This document shows, one piece after another, positions 1 to 13,204 of a DNA stretch of 64,000 nucleotides. How positions within the stretch are numbered: position 1 is the first letter of the stretch; each line of letters opens with the position of its first letter. The notes under the pieces are model-generated. The model was not told the DNA's origin. It searched no databases and worked only from the letters and a program-made list of their open reading frames with translations. Source of the stretch: Sarea resinae. Its lineage: Eukaryota. Location: NCBI GenBank assembly GCA_026026165.1, contig JAPEUD010000009.1, positions 372,001 to 436,000 of the forward strand, read 5' to 3'. The translations under genes and the position numbers were made by a program.

Positions 1-4
1 CATC

Positions 5-1000
5 ATGCCTTCCGATAATACATTCACGGCCGTCCAACTCGATGACAGCACTTATTACTACGACACCCCGCCTCCACCCGGTTCTCTTCCCCCTCCACCC
101 CGCCTGCCACAGGCTCCCGTCCGCGCCATCATCGTCAATGATGGCAACGTGGGGCCGAGTCCCCTACACTATGGCGGGCTCGCGGACTTTGACACGTCCA
201 CCGGCACGATGACCGGCCGGTTCATCGTGACCGACGAGGTCTCGGGGGCTCAGTGGAGCTTTGAGGGGGAAATCCCCTTCTCGCCCGCTGCAGTCCCCGG
301 GCCTCGGGACGGTCCGCGGGCCCCGGCCCCGACCAGGCGGCCTTCGATCTATGGGGACGAAGGAATCTTCGGTGCCCTGGCACCTGCGGGTACGTGTCTG
401 ATCTCACTTGCACTGCTATCTCATCTTGCTTGGGCCGGGCTGAACATGCCTTACTGACTGACTTCTCACTACACAGTCTCGTCTCCCTGGCCGTCTGCCC
501 CGTCTGCCCCGTCTGCCCCGTCTGCCCCGTCTGCCCCGCCTGCCGTCGCCGTTCCCGCTGCAGCGGCCCCGAGCTCTCGTGCTGCTGCGCCGGCGACAAA
601 ACAGAGGAGGAACGCCAAATGTAAGTTTATTGCTTCTATATGCTCTCACCTCACCTCTCCTCTCTTTGCTTCGATTTCCTTTATCCATCACTTCAACTTC
701 ACCTAATCTCACCTCATCACTATTCCTGATCTCACTTCACATGACCTATCTTGCTATGCGGGACTTGCTTCTTGCTTCATACCTGCTAACACCCACATAG
801 GGGGATCGCTGCCTGGCATGCCTGCCGGGGCCGCCGCGATCCTGTCAAGGGATGAGTACGAGCTGGTCGAGAGGAGGGCGTGCCGGGGCCAGAAGTACGA
901 CGAGATCGCCAAGGCAATGAACAGAGGCAACAGTGGTGCTCTGTCGATCAAGTACGACCGAGGGAGGACCAAACTCCAGGATCAGCTTGGTGTGTCCTAG
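5..1000 (+). CDS. Hypothetical protein: Pro-rich/SAP-repeat linker and C-terminal Myb/HTH-like domain (3 exons)
   Basis: Exons 5-389, 477-620 and 801-1000 join in frame through GTACGT..CTGAC..CAG and GTAAGT..CTAAC..TAG introns. C-terminus reads KQRRNAKWGSLPGM...LSRDEYELVERRACRGQKYDEIAKAMNRGNSGALSIKYDR. The start lies at the window edge. Confidence 0.6.
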
Positions 1001-1878
1001 ACCAGGAGAGGGAGGATGGGGAGTGGGAGCTAGCGGAAATCTTTCTTTTCTTTTCCTTTGTCGCTTTTCTTTTGTTTGTTTTTCCTTGGAGTCTTCGCAA
1101 GGCTTTTTTTTACGGGCCGTGTTCGGACTCTCTTACAGTAAAGACCATCCGTGAAAAGCCATCACTGGCTACGGATACAAAGTCTTTCTTTCGTTCGAAG
1201 CTTGCTCGCAGCCGTCTTGTAACCGATTGATTGACTGATGATGTGAACTGATCTATGTATCTGAATCCTGCCTTCAGCTATGGGCCTGCCTTGCATACCA
1301 TCTTTTCAAAGAGCCGGCTATGAAGAAGGAAACTCAGAACCTTTGGATTCCACTCTCTCTCTGACATCTGCGCGTTAGTGTCTATATACCTCCTTAAGTA
1401 TGTATGTGTGAGAGCGTACAGTAAGACATAAACGCGCGCCTCAAAGTAAGGGCAAGTGGTCTACAGTAAGGGACAACGTATCAATCTCATGTGAGTACCA
1501 ATAAGTCGGGTTATGTGTGGACAGATAGAAAGAGAGGTAGTGTGAGCGAAAACATCCAGCTGTTGTTGACCCATCTAGGATTCCCAAGGTAATCAAATCT
1601 CTCACGTAGACAAGAGTCCACGGGAGCCACGAAGATGGAACACAAACTACACCCTAGCCAAACACGTATGCATACAACGCAAGAATGCCACTCCAGACGT
1701 ACGTACGTACGTACGCACGCCGTGATCTCATTACCTGAACTCCCAGCCAAACATTTGCCCCCGATGGCTCCCAGAAACAGACATTTACCAAACAGCGCCA
1801 GATAAAAGACCGCTGAAACATCAAACATCGATCGGGAAATCGCCGTCCCCCGTGCCGTCGCTCCAGATCCAGCCCTTC

Positions 1879-4737
1879 TCATCTCGTCTTCCCGTCCAAG
1901 TGCCCGCTCTCGTCTCTACCCCACTTCATCCGCCCAGCTAGCCTGCGTTCCACCTTCGCCTCTAGTCGCGCTTTGGCGGCCGCGGCGCGGGAGGCTGGCA
2001 TGTTGGATCGGGTGCGCGGCGTGCCGTTCAGACTCTGCTCGGCATTCACATGGGCCTTGTCGATGCCACTTGTCTGATACGCGGATGTGTTGGCCGTAGG
2101 CATGGGCGCAGCAGCGGCAGTGGTAGTAGTAGAATAAGAAGGAGCAGCGGTAGGCGTCGCTATAGCGGTATCGAGAGCCAGGCCCGCAAGATCGGCCGGG
2201 TGTACAGGCGCGCTGGAGCGTTTGCGCGAGTTCGCTAAGACATCATCCGTGCCTCTGGCGGCGGCGACGATGGCTGCGCGACGCGAACTTGCCGCCGATA
2301 CAGATGCGACACGGCGGATTGGCCGGACGCGAGGTATGGCTCCTGTGAACAGGAGTGGATGCTGCTGTTTCGACGCCGAAGCTTTGCGCTGGCCGGCTTG
2401 TTCGTCGGCATGGCTGGCTGGTTCGATGGTGGAGGTGGCGGTGCGATCGTCCCGGGGGCTGGGAAGAGTGGTTGGGCGTGAGTGGAGTGGGTGATTCGGG
2501 ATTGGATCGCCGATGACCGAATTTGTGAGGTCGAGCGAGTGACGTTTGGGTGAATGCTGCGGTCTGTAGTGATGAAAGCTGCTACTGTTGTTGAGCAGAT
2601 CCTCAAGACATTGAGATGCACTAGGGTTGGGAGATCGTTTCGAGGACGAATTGGGGGCTTGATGTTCATTATTTGCGTTCACGTTTAGCTCCGTGAGGGG
2701 AGGCGCGTGCTGATCTCGCGAAACAACATTGCTCTCTTTGCTTGCATCCAACTTGGTATTTGGGCGAGAATTGGAAACGGCTGTGTGGCCGGCCGAGGAA
2801 GTTACCAGAGCTTTGAGGCGACGGATCTCTTTGTGGGCTTCCTGGACCGCGTGCTGCTTTTCCTGGGACTCGAGACGCAGACGGGCGGCTTCTTCACGGG
2901 CGCGTCGGAGCTCCTGGACCGTTTTCCTATTCTGCTCTTGCCATTGCTCGAGTATAGCAGCCTCGTCACTATTTTTCGGCTTGACCTGCTGCGACTTCTT
3001 CAGCTCCGCGACTTCTTGCTTGAGGGATTCTATCAGAACGCCTTGCTCTTCTACTTTCCGCTCAGACTCGTCCTTGGCTGCCTTTTGGGCCGTGGCAGAG
3101 GCATTGTTCTTCCGTTCTAGGGCATCTCGAGACTCGGCTCCTTGTAATTCTTCTATCCGCTTCTGCAAAGTCGACACGACTTTATCGTGTTCCGATCTGC
3201 TTTGATTCAGACGCTCCTTGTACTCCTTGTTTTGGATCTCGAGCTTCAACTCTCGCTCTCTTCGGCGCTCTTCCTTGGCCCTGCCCCTATTCGTGAAATG
3301 ATTCATTTCTTCCTTCATACGCGCCATATATTTCTCAGTCACCGCCTTCTCGTGGTCGAGCTTTTCGGCCTTTTTAGTAGCCCCGTCAAGGCTCTTTCGG
3401 AGCTCTGCAACATCCGTACGTAGCTTGTTCATCTCTTTCAGCTGCTCACGAGCCTGCTTGAGCTCTTCGCTAGCTCGGAGAAGCGTACTCTCGGTTTGGG
3501 GGGATGTAAAGCGCTTGGACGTCTGTTCGTAATTTCGAGATGGCGACTGCGTTTCGTTCAGAAGCTCTGACTCGAATTGATCGACTTTTGCCTTGTATTC
3601 CAAGGCTAGAGCAGTCTGGCGGGCCAGGTCTTTCATCATCTTACCGTTCTCCTGTCCGTCGTTGCCTTTATCTTTTCGCGCAGCAGCTATCTCTCCAGCC
3701 AGCTCTGAGATTTTCTGCTCCATAGCTGTAACCTTTTTCCTCTCTCGCTGAAGCCGTTCGCCAAGGTTCATAGCTTCCTCATCCTTTTTCTTCGCATAAG
3801 ACTTGGCAATCTGCTTATATTTCAGGAGCTTTCGCATCTCGTTTCTCGATTTGCTCTGATATTGCTCGTATTCTTGCTTCCAGAAACGACCGGATTGAGA
3901 ATGAGGTTCATTCAAGTTGGTTGTGACATCATCACCGTCGTCATTCGATTTATCACTAGAGTTTCTGCCCCTTAAACCCTCCTGATCCGGAGCGGCTGAT
4001 CTATCTGAGGCACTCCGGGGTTGGTTTGATGTCGGTCCTACTTCTGCCGGCTGGCTCCTGGATACCTGATCCGGATTTGCCTTATTTGAATCTCGCGCCC
4101 GATAAAGTGATTCGGTGAGAGAAGTCCGTTTCTGTTTGGTGGCTGGTGTGCTGGTCCTCGGAGTCCAGGGACTCGGGAACTTCCCAGGATAATCGCTTGG
4201 GAGCCCGCTCTTTCCAGGAGCGCGTACAGGTGCTTTGCCTTCGTTATCGACGACCGATGGTCCAAATGAGACGGTCTTCCTTCGAGCCGTAGCAGTACCA
4301 GGGGTCATAAGTATGCCACCAGGTTTTGTTGGTGAGTATTCTAGTGGCGGATCATCATCGTCGCGATTCCTCTCTTGAACGGACGTGGTGTCCGAATTAA
4401 TCGGTCTGACTAGATCGCCTTTCATTGAATCGGTCTTTCGCTCCTCGTCGCCCTTTGTGCTCCCATCTGCATTTGAAGATCTGCTGTGGACATGAACGTA
4501 CGAGTCCCCTTCCGGTTCAGCTTCTCGTGGCGTTCCAAAGATAGCCGTCTTGAAGGCGCGCAGGGCAAAGACCGGGGCTGGTGTCTCTGGAGGTTCTGGA
4601 AGAGACGACTGATCGTCTGTAGGTAGATACAAGGCTTAGTTGGGGATGGATAATGGTGTTGAAGATGGCATACCGGCAATAATGTGCTGCATCGCGTTGT
4701 GCGACTGCTGGCCTCCGCCAGTAAGCCAATCAAGCAT
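1879..4737 (-). CDS. Spindle pole body-associated Cut12-domain coiled-coil protein
   Basis: ATG 4737 (MLDWLTGG), one short intron near 4620-4673, then PPETPAPVFALRAFKTAIFGTP and SPTKPGGILMTPGT (Cut12-type N-terminus) followed by long coiled coils. Confidence 0.75.
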
Positions 4738-5515
4738 GATATGCCTAGAGTAACTTCGAACGCGGGAGACTTCTATAGCATCTTCGACACAAAAGCAGCC
4801 ATCACAGGTGGGATCGATACGTTGAGAGGAAGAGGAGAGAAGAAGAGACGAAGGAAGGCTTGAGATGCGAACAGTCCAGTATAGAGAGCTCAGGATGAAT
4901 TGTTACGATTGTTCCGGATTGTTGTTTACGTGGTGCAAGGATGCCAGGAAGGGAGAGTACTATGCAGTGAGTACGCGAGCGAGAGACGACGAGTACCTCC
5001 GTGGCCCGGTGCAAGTAGCTGCAATCCCAAGTACCCAGCGTCCACCGCCAATGGCACGCGCAGACTTAAGGCAGATTGGGTTAGACGAGGCCGATTATCG
5101 CCGCTATTCCCACACTACGAGACAGCTGCGGCCAGCTGGGGCAACCTATCATGCTCCTGCTGTTTTGGAGGGGCAGGCGACGCAGGGACAGCGAGAGAGA
5201 AGGGCGGTCAAGACAGGAAGTCAAGGAACGAAGAAGAATCCTTCGCACCTCGACCTTTTCTTTCCTTCTCTCTTTCTCTACTCATCATCGGATTCTTTCC
5301 ATTCTTCTGCTTCAATCTCCCTGTATCCCCATCATCATCATCATCGACCAACAACAATACCATTCTTATTCTTCTGAATAGAGCCATGATGGCCGGGAGC
5401 GTCATATAGAGAGTCGCAGCTTTTGCTGCCTCGTCTCTAATCCTCGTCTTTCTCTGACGGGACAAGAAACCGACACTCTCTTGACTCTCATGTGGTCCCG
5501 AGCAAGAAGCCCGCC

Positions 5516-8500
5516 ATGCCACGTCCAACGTCTCCCCGGAAGCAAATACAGAATAAGAATGACCTCACAGACGGGCCCGCCGGCTCCAAGGCCGGGACGC
5601 CCCTCAAGAATGGGAACGCTCCAGACCTGACGCTACCATCGAGTCCAGCTGGAGCTAGCTTCGACTACACCGAGCTGCAGCAGAATGAAATCGAGGCCCT
5701 TCAGTCCATTTATATGGACGATTACGAGGAAGTGAAGGGGAAAGGTGGTGCTTGGAGTGTGAGCAGGCCTTCTCATATCTCTGGACCGAGAGGCTAATAC
5801 AAGACTTCAGAAATCAGCAGATCGTTCCTTTAAACTGCGTCTCAAGTCCCCTTCTGACCCGGACACCCATGTTACCCTCACCGTGAGCATGACAGCCACT
5901 TATCCCAAGACTACACCCCTACTAGCGATAAGTGACGCGGAGGGGCTGCGGGCGAAAACACGCAAGAAGGTGCAAGAAATTGTAAGATCGAAACCCAAGA
6001 CCCTTCTGGGCTCGGAAATGATCTTCGAAATTACCGCGTCAATCGAAGATATCTTGGAGGATGCCGTTCAGTCTAGGGCCACCGAGCAGGACCTGCCGAG
6101 CCTAGAGGAAGAAAGAGCGATCCAAGAAGCTGCAGCAACTCAATTAGCTCGAAAGCAGGAAGAGGAGCTGCGGAAGAAGCGACAAGAGGAAAGCCTCGAA
6201 GAGGAGCGTGTGCTGAGTCGGATGCTAGAGGAAGAAATGAAGCGGCATAAAGAAAAAGCCCGTGAGGCTAAGAGGAAGGGAAGACAGCCATCGCCAGATA
6301 TCGAGGAGCCGAGCGACATGCACAAGGATGATAACGGCCGCCTGTCTTTCGATCAGACTATCCACATTAAAGATGAAAATGGGGACATTTTGCCCTTTCG
6401 CACCGTTGCCGGCAAGGTACAGCTGTGTAAAGGCCCTACGACGGACGTCTACACTGTTCGTCCCTTGGTGGCCGAAAGCAGCGCAACCGTTCCTGCTCTG
6501 GTACTCAAGCATGCCAAATTGAAGTCCAAACCGTCCGAGGCTTCAGATCTAAAAAAGCGAGTTCAGTCTTTCGAAAATGATTTGGAAGCACTCAAAAAAT
6601 TACGACACCCGAACATCATCGATCTACTGGACTTCAAGGTTTCGCTATCATTTAACGGCGTCGGCCAAGATGGTGGCGTTTGGGACATAAGTCTCTTGAC
6701 AGAGTTCGCCAATAAGGGCACACTCGGAGACCTCCTTGATATTGTTGGCTTCGTGAGGGTTGAGAAGGTCAGAGCTTTCTCCATACAGCTTCTGGAAGCC
6801 TTGGAATTCTTCCATGTCAACGGCGTCGTACATAGAGATATACACGCCAGTAACATTATGATCTCAAAGTCGCGTTCAGACACCCCGGTGATCAAACTTG
6901 CCGATGGAGGATATCAACAGCGTCTGCGGGAATTGAAAGGAAACGCTTTCGTCGATCACAGCCTCACAACGGCTCAGTCGGCTTTCTGGCTTCCGCCTGA
7001 GCTGGCCCAAGATGGTAGCACGCAGCGCACTAGGAAGACCGACATCTGGGACCTTGGAGTCGTCTTCCTGCAGATGATTTTTGGCTTAAATGTGCTGCAA
7101 CAGTATAGCTCCCCCACCGTCCTCGTTGACTCGATGGATTTATCTGAATCTTTGGAGGAGATTATTCGCAAATTCTTCAAACCCGATCCTAAGAAACGGC
7201 CTACGGCTTTCGACTTACTCCCATCTGAGTTTCTACGCAACGACGCACCTGTACTTGCGCAGCCGTCTTCGCCAACCTATTCTAGACTGTCTTCCACGGT
7301 TTCATTATCCACGCCAAGGCACTTACGGCCTCGACATGAGTCGTTGGAAATGGGTGGATCATTATCACGCTATGCGAACGATTTCGTCGAAGCCGGCCGA
7401 CTAGGGAAAGGAGGCTATGGAGAGGTCGTCAAGGCTAGAAACAAATTAGATGGCCAAATCTATGCGATCAAGAAGATCACTCAGAATTCCGCTTCGTCCC
7501 TGACGGACGTACTATCAGAAGTGATGTACCTGTCTAGGCTCAATCATCCCTACGTTGTCAGATACATAACAGCTTGGATCGAGAGGGATTTCATGAGCTT
7601 CGCTGAAGCCGACGAGGAAGCCGTCTCCTCGACCATGGACCGCTCGATTTCGCCAAATAGTGGTCCCAATATCGAATTTGGCCATAGCACCGGCGGGCTC
7701 GATTTCATCAGCTCTAGTGGGTATCCGAAAATTGAGTTTGAATACGATAGTCAGAATGGAAGTTCCGACTGGGAATCTGAAGATGGGGCCAGGTCAACTC
7801 CTGAGCATGATGAAAAAAGAAGTGACAGTCACGGGAATAGCCTACGCCTCAAGCGAACGAGATCCGATTCTCGATCTTCACGTCCTGTCAAGACAACTCT
7901 ATACATACAGATGGAATATTGCGAGAAACATGTAGGTTTCATCTTTTTGTTCACTTTGATATCTGGCACTGACAGAATAGACCTTGCGGGATCTAATTAG
8001 GCAAGGCATTTATAACAGACCAGAGGAATGCTGGCAGTTACTACGTCAAGTTCTGGAAGGCCTGAGTCATATACACGGCCATGGCATCATCCACCGCGAC
8101 TTGAAGCCAGATAACGTATTCATCGATGCCGCCAACAATCCGCGGATAGGAGATTTTGGTCTAGCCACCAGCGGCCAGTACTATTTGGCTGACAAAGCCT
8201 CTTCGAGCAACATAGATGGCGACATGACCCGCAGTATCGGTACTACCCTTTACGTCGCGCCAGAGCTGAGCTCGAGTTCTGGGGAGCAATACACCGACAA
8301 AGTCGATGTAAGTATATTTCCATATCGAAGCTCTATCCATCTGATCCACCACTGGTTGATACAAATCGTGTTGAAGGTCCAGTCTATGACAACAACGCTG
8401 ACTTGGACGATAGATGTACTCTTTGGGCATAATCTTCTTTGAGATGTGTTATCCCCTGAAAACAGCCATGGAGCGAGATGCAGTCATCCGAGGGTTAAGA

Positions 8501-10781
8501 GAGAGAGAACATGTCTTGCCAGCCGAATTCCAAACGATGGAGAAAGCTGTGCAGGGTGAGATCATCAACTCGCTCATCAGCCACCGGCCAAAAGAGCGCC
8601 CAAGTAGCATTGAGCTGCTACAATGCGGGAAAATCCCGCTTCAAGTCGAGGATGAGACCATTCGACAAGCCTTTCAAGGACTAGCAGATCCGAACTCGCA
8701 ATACTACCAGAAGATGATGTCAGCATTGTTTTCCCAGCCACTAAAGCAGGTTAAAGATTACGCCTGGGATATGAGCTCTCAAACCAGCTATGAAGCCGAA
8801 GATCTGCTGCTCCAGAGTACAGTAAAGGCAGAGCTTGCAACCGTCTTTCGCAGACATGGCGCAGTGGAGACCCAGCGTTCATTACTCTTGCCACGATCCA
8901 GTTATTATTCGACAAATATCGTTCGCCTCCTTGACTCGTCAGGTACTCTCCTTCAACTGCCACACGACCTCACACTGCCTCACGCAAGAGCCATTGCAAA
9001 GCAAGTCCCTTCCTTCGGAAAGAGTTTCGCTTTTGGTAATGTCTACCGAGATCTTGGAATCGGTGGTCAGCCTCGCAGCCATGGCGAAGTGGATTTTGAC
9101 ATTGTGTCTTTTGATACTCTTGATCTCGCGCTTAAGGAAGCAGAAGTTCTCAAAGTCATTGACGAGGTAATTGATGCTTTTCCGTCTCTAGCTACGACGC
9201 AAATGTGCTTCCATATAAATCACTCCGATCTCTTGAACCTCATATTGGAATTTTGCCGCATTAGCGTTCCACAGAGGCCGGCAGTCAAGGAAATTCTAAG
9301 CAAACTGCATGTTGGAAAGTGGACGTGGCAGAGTATCCGCAATGAGTTACGTTCTCCCTCTCTAGGAGTATCTTCCACGTCTTTAGACGACTTAGCACGA
9401 TTCGATTTCCGGGGTAAGTCTTACCAGTCTCATGTTGAGCCTGTGATGCTGACCATCCACAGATGTACCAGAAAAGGCGTTCACTAAGTTGAAGCGTCTC
9501 TTCGAAGGGACTGATTACATAGACTCGACGGCCTCAGTATTTGCTCATATAAATACTGTGACTTCCTACATGACACAATTCAACATTCGCCGAAAAATTT
9601 ATGTCAGTCCGCTCAGCAGCTTCAATGATCAGTTCTACAAGGGTGGAGTCTTGTTTCAATGTGTCTATGATACCAAGCGCAGAGACGTCTTTGCCGCAGG
9701 AGGCCGATACGACAGCTTGATCCAAGAGCATAAACCTAAGCTGCAGAGACGATCAGATGATTGCCACGCAGTTGGATTCAATCTCGGCTGGGAGAAACTG
9801 TACACCTCGATGGCTCGATATCAGAAGAGGGGTGGAAAGAGCTTCCTGAAAAAGGCGGAAGATGAACCTCAGGGTCAATGGGCAACCAAAAGAGTATGCT
9901 TCTCCATTCTCTTCAACTGCAGTGGAAGCTAATTCCTCTCTCAGTGTGATGTACTCGTAGGGAGCTTTGATTCCGCCGCCCTGCGCACGATCGGTATCAA
10001 GATCGTCCAGGAACTCTGGGCAAACGACATCAGCGCCGAGCTAGCAACGGATGCTCACCATCCAGAAGAGTTGCTCTCACGTTACCGCGACGACAAGCAT
10101 AGCTGGCTCATCATTATTCGCCAGGAGACTGGTAGCTTTGGCGAGAGGAGCCTGAAAGTGCGAAACATGGTGCGCAAAGAAGACACCGACGTTCGCAGCT
10201 CCGAGCTCATGTCGTGGCTGAGAGCCGAGATGCGAGATCGAGATCAGCGTGAGGGGACGCATGAGCGGGCGAAGCTGCTGAGACGCTCAAGCCATCAAAA
10301 CCCAGTGTCTTCGGGTGATGGAGAGCGCGAGGCTGACGTCAGGGTACTTTTATCGAATCACAAGAGCAAGAAGAGCAATCGAAGGAATATTGTCGAGGCG
10401 GGTGAGTACCTTCTTTATTCTTTACCTCACTTTGCCATTTGCCCTTCTTTCTGCCTCGTCAAACAGCAGAGCTGACTTTCGTCCTCATCAGCGCAAACGC
10501 GCACTCAAGAGCTCGCCGGCTCTTTTCTCGACGGTCCCATCGCCGCCATCGACACGCGCGACGAAGTCCTCGACGCCATTCGCGACACGCGCCTCTCAGA
10601 CCCCGATAGCTGGCGTGGTGTTATCCAAAGCGTGCCTCTGGCTGAGCGGAAGTACCTTAGCCAGGTGCATGAGTTGCTAGGCGATATGGCCAAGGACTCT
10701 AGGGGCACGACCAGGAACGCTTTCATCTATAACTTCCGCACCGGCGGGTGCATCTATTATGACTTGGGTCGGGGTTCGTGA
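5516..10781 (+). CDS. GCN2: eIF2-alpha kinase GCN2 (CPC-3)
   Basis: Domain order: RWD (ELQQNEIEALQSIY), pseudokinase, kinase (LGKGGYGEVVK, LYIQMEYCE, HRDLKPDN, IGDFGLA), HisRS-like (AAGGRYDSLI), C-terminal domain. Multi-exon; TGA at 10779-10781. Confidence 0.96.
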
Positions 10782-11403
10782 TCATATTGCTATCAAATTT
10801 CCATTCCTTTTGTTTTTAGAGTGGCTTTGATGAAAGAATGCTGGGTGATCGACGTGGATCGATTGAACGATATGAATGATAAAATGGAATATACGACGAC
10901 AGGGAAACCAGTTTTCAGCGTGTCAGTATCAGCGTGGGTTTCGATCAAATAGCCTTTTTCTCCACTTTCGGGGCCATCTCTTTTTTTGTCTTGTCAATTT
11001 CTGGTGTTCTGTTGTCCTGAGAGAATGAAAAAGCGATCTTTTACGAGCGGGCGTAAGGGAAATTGATTGCTTGCTTCAAGAGACGATATCTCGTTCAAAT
11101 TGCGTGCCTAGGTATACCATATCGCGGGATCCCGGCGGATCAGGGTGGATGAGGTGGATGATAGTCAGACTCTGGAAATTTTAGTCGTCAGATATGTTCA
11201 GATAGCTAGGAATCTAGGGTGGTTATTGGTGATGACTAGGAGGAATATATATCTTACATCGTATTGTACTTACTGTCGGATTCCAGTATGTACCCGAACA
11301 GACGAATGCTCCTTGAGGAAGCGCTTCCTTTTGCTTCAGATAATTTGACACTCACTGGCTCGGAGACTTTAGTGATTCGATTCGAGCACTTGAGACTCTA
11401 CGA

Positions 11404-12663
11404 CTACGAGTTGAAGATGCGACTATACAGCAATTCGTGTCTACCGACCCACAGATCAAGAATAGGCACGCACTGAAACGGTTGCTCATTCTCCCTTCTT
11501 CCTGCTCCTTCTCCCACTGTCTGTCTTCCGTCATTTACAGCAGCACTACTATCACCACCATCACCTCCACAATCCCCCTTTCCCACGCCGCACAACCTCG
11601 CCAGCACATCGCGACACCACTGCCCAGCGAGCACAGACTGCGCGACGTAGGGCCCGATGAGGCTAGCGCGAACGGCGGCCGACAAGACCGCTTTGACGTG
11701 GTTCAACAGGAACACGTAGGCGGTCTCGTGGGACGAGAGGCCGAGGGCGGCGGCTAGGGCGCCGAAGAGCGGCGCGAAGTGTGCGTGTGTTGTGGGGGGT
11801 TCGTTGATGTCGGTGGTGTCGGTCGTGGTGGTGGGGCGGCGGTGGAGGAGAGCTTTGTAGGATTCTAGCGCCGTGCGGGCGGCGGGGTTGGGAGTTGATG
11901 GCGATGACGATGGCGATGGCGAGGCGGAGGTCGAGGACGTAGAGGATGCAGACACATACGTAGCGGACTTGAAAGCGCGGTCCCAGAGCGAGAGCAGGGC
12001 CCGTCCCTGTGCGACGCTCGCTCTTCTGGCCACGGGACACAGCGTCTGGGCGTCGAGTTCGTCGTCCAGCGCCGCCAGCGTGTCCGGGTCGTGGTAGGCC
12101 GCGAGCACGAAGGGCAGACTGAGACTTGCTTGCGAGCTGAGGGAGTGCGGGAGGAAGGTGCGGAGGGTTTCGGGGAGATGGGGAGGGGGCGGCGCGGTCG
12201 TTGTTGGTGCTGTGGTGGTGGTGGAGGGGCCGGAGCGGGTAGATGGGACGGTAGGGAGGGAGGTCAAAGGTGGTTTTGGGTGGTGCGCGAGGTAGGATTC
12301 TAGGCCTGAGGAGAAGGCGAATGAACCGAGTGGGAGGCCCGAGTCGGAGAGCAGAAGGAGGTGGTGGTGATGCGGGCTCTGGGACGGGATTCGCGCTGCT
12401 GGTGCTGGTGCTGGTGCTGGTGATTGAGGTGGAGGTAGCCGTTGTGACTGGCCCAAAGGAACTTCATCTATCGCGCTGGAGGTAGTGCGCGAGGTGAGTT
12501 GTCTCAACTCCTCATTGGCATTGCGAAGGCGCTGTTCCAGGGAGGTGATTTCGGAGAGGAGATCTCGTTCAGTCCCATGAGGTTGTTGTTGTTGTTTTTG
12601 TTGTTGTTGTTGGAGGAGGAGGAGGGGAGAGTGTGCTGTGCCCTGAGGACTTTGAAGATCCAT
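11404..12663 (-). CDS. ureF: Urease accessory protein UreF
   Basis: Motifs LLLLSDSGLPLGSFAFSSGLESY, RRASVAQGRALL and LDLWVGRHELLYSRIFNS. Start taken at MDLQSP (12663); the open frame extends further upstream. Confidence 0.9.
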   Translation of the reverse strand: MDLQSPQGTAHSPLLLLQQQQQKQQQQPHGTERDLLSEITSLEQRLRNANEELRQLTSRTTSSAIDEVPLGQSQRLPPPQSPAPAPAPAARIPSQSPHHHHLLLLSDSGLPLGSFAFSSGLESYLAHHPKPPLTSLPTVPSTRSGPSTTTTAPTTTAPPPPHLPETLRTFLPHSLSSQASLSLPFVLAAYHDPDTLAALDDELDAQTLCPVARRASVAQGRALLSLWDRAFKSATYVSASSTSSTSASPSPSSSPSTPNPAARTALESYKALLHRRPTTTTDTTDINEPPTTHAHFAPLFGALAAALGLSSHETAYVFLLNHVKAVLSAAVRASLIGPYVAQSVLAGQWCRDVLARLCGVGKGDCGGDGGDSSAAVNDGRQTVGEGAGRRENEQPFQCVPILDLWVGRHELLYSRIFNS

Positions 12664-13204
12664 TTGGTACTGAAGCTTTGCAATTGGAGTTCTTAGTTGA
12701 AGCTGTTGTGCTGCTGGATAGAGCTGATATAGCTTATCTAGTTGGAGGAGAGCTGGGGTGGCTTGGTGTTGTAGCGGGGCGAGGCGGGGCGAATATATCG
12801 TACCTCGCGACCTCACCCTAATTACTCCTTTTCCGGCCAGAAAGACAACTATATTAATACCGAAGGCCATCGGGTCTTCTTTCCTTCTACATTCTACATC
12901 TCAATGCACGATCAAACCTTCTCTATAGTGTATCCAGAGTAATTTCGCTATATGTGCTACTTTACATCTGGACTAACTCCACATTAATATGCGTGTGTAG
13001 GCCTACTCTCGGATTGATTATTCTCTTAGATCGTAACGGAATAGATACAGCACATACATGATACGGATTGTCGTCAAAAATAATCTTCGATCGTTGATAT
13101 ATAATAGACTAATTAATCTATGAACGCCCGCTTGATTTTGGACCCCCTCCCTCGCCCTCCCTGACAAATAAACGGAATAGATGGACCCATCCACACAACT
13201 CCCA

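Noticed and set aside
4865..5409. Two ~170-aa + strand ORFs between the Cut12-domain gene and GCN2
   Set aside because: Low-complexity translations of promoter/UTR sequence with no domain features.
11404..12663. Urease cluster or horizontal transfer
   Set aside because: The sequence is fungal-type UreF with no urease, UreD or UreG nearby; dispersed urease genes are normal in fungi.
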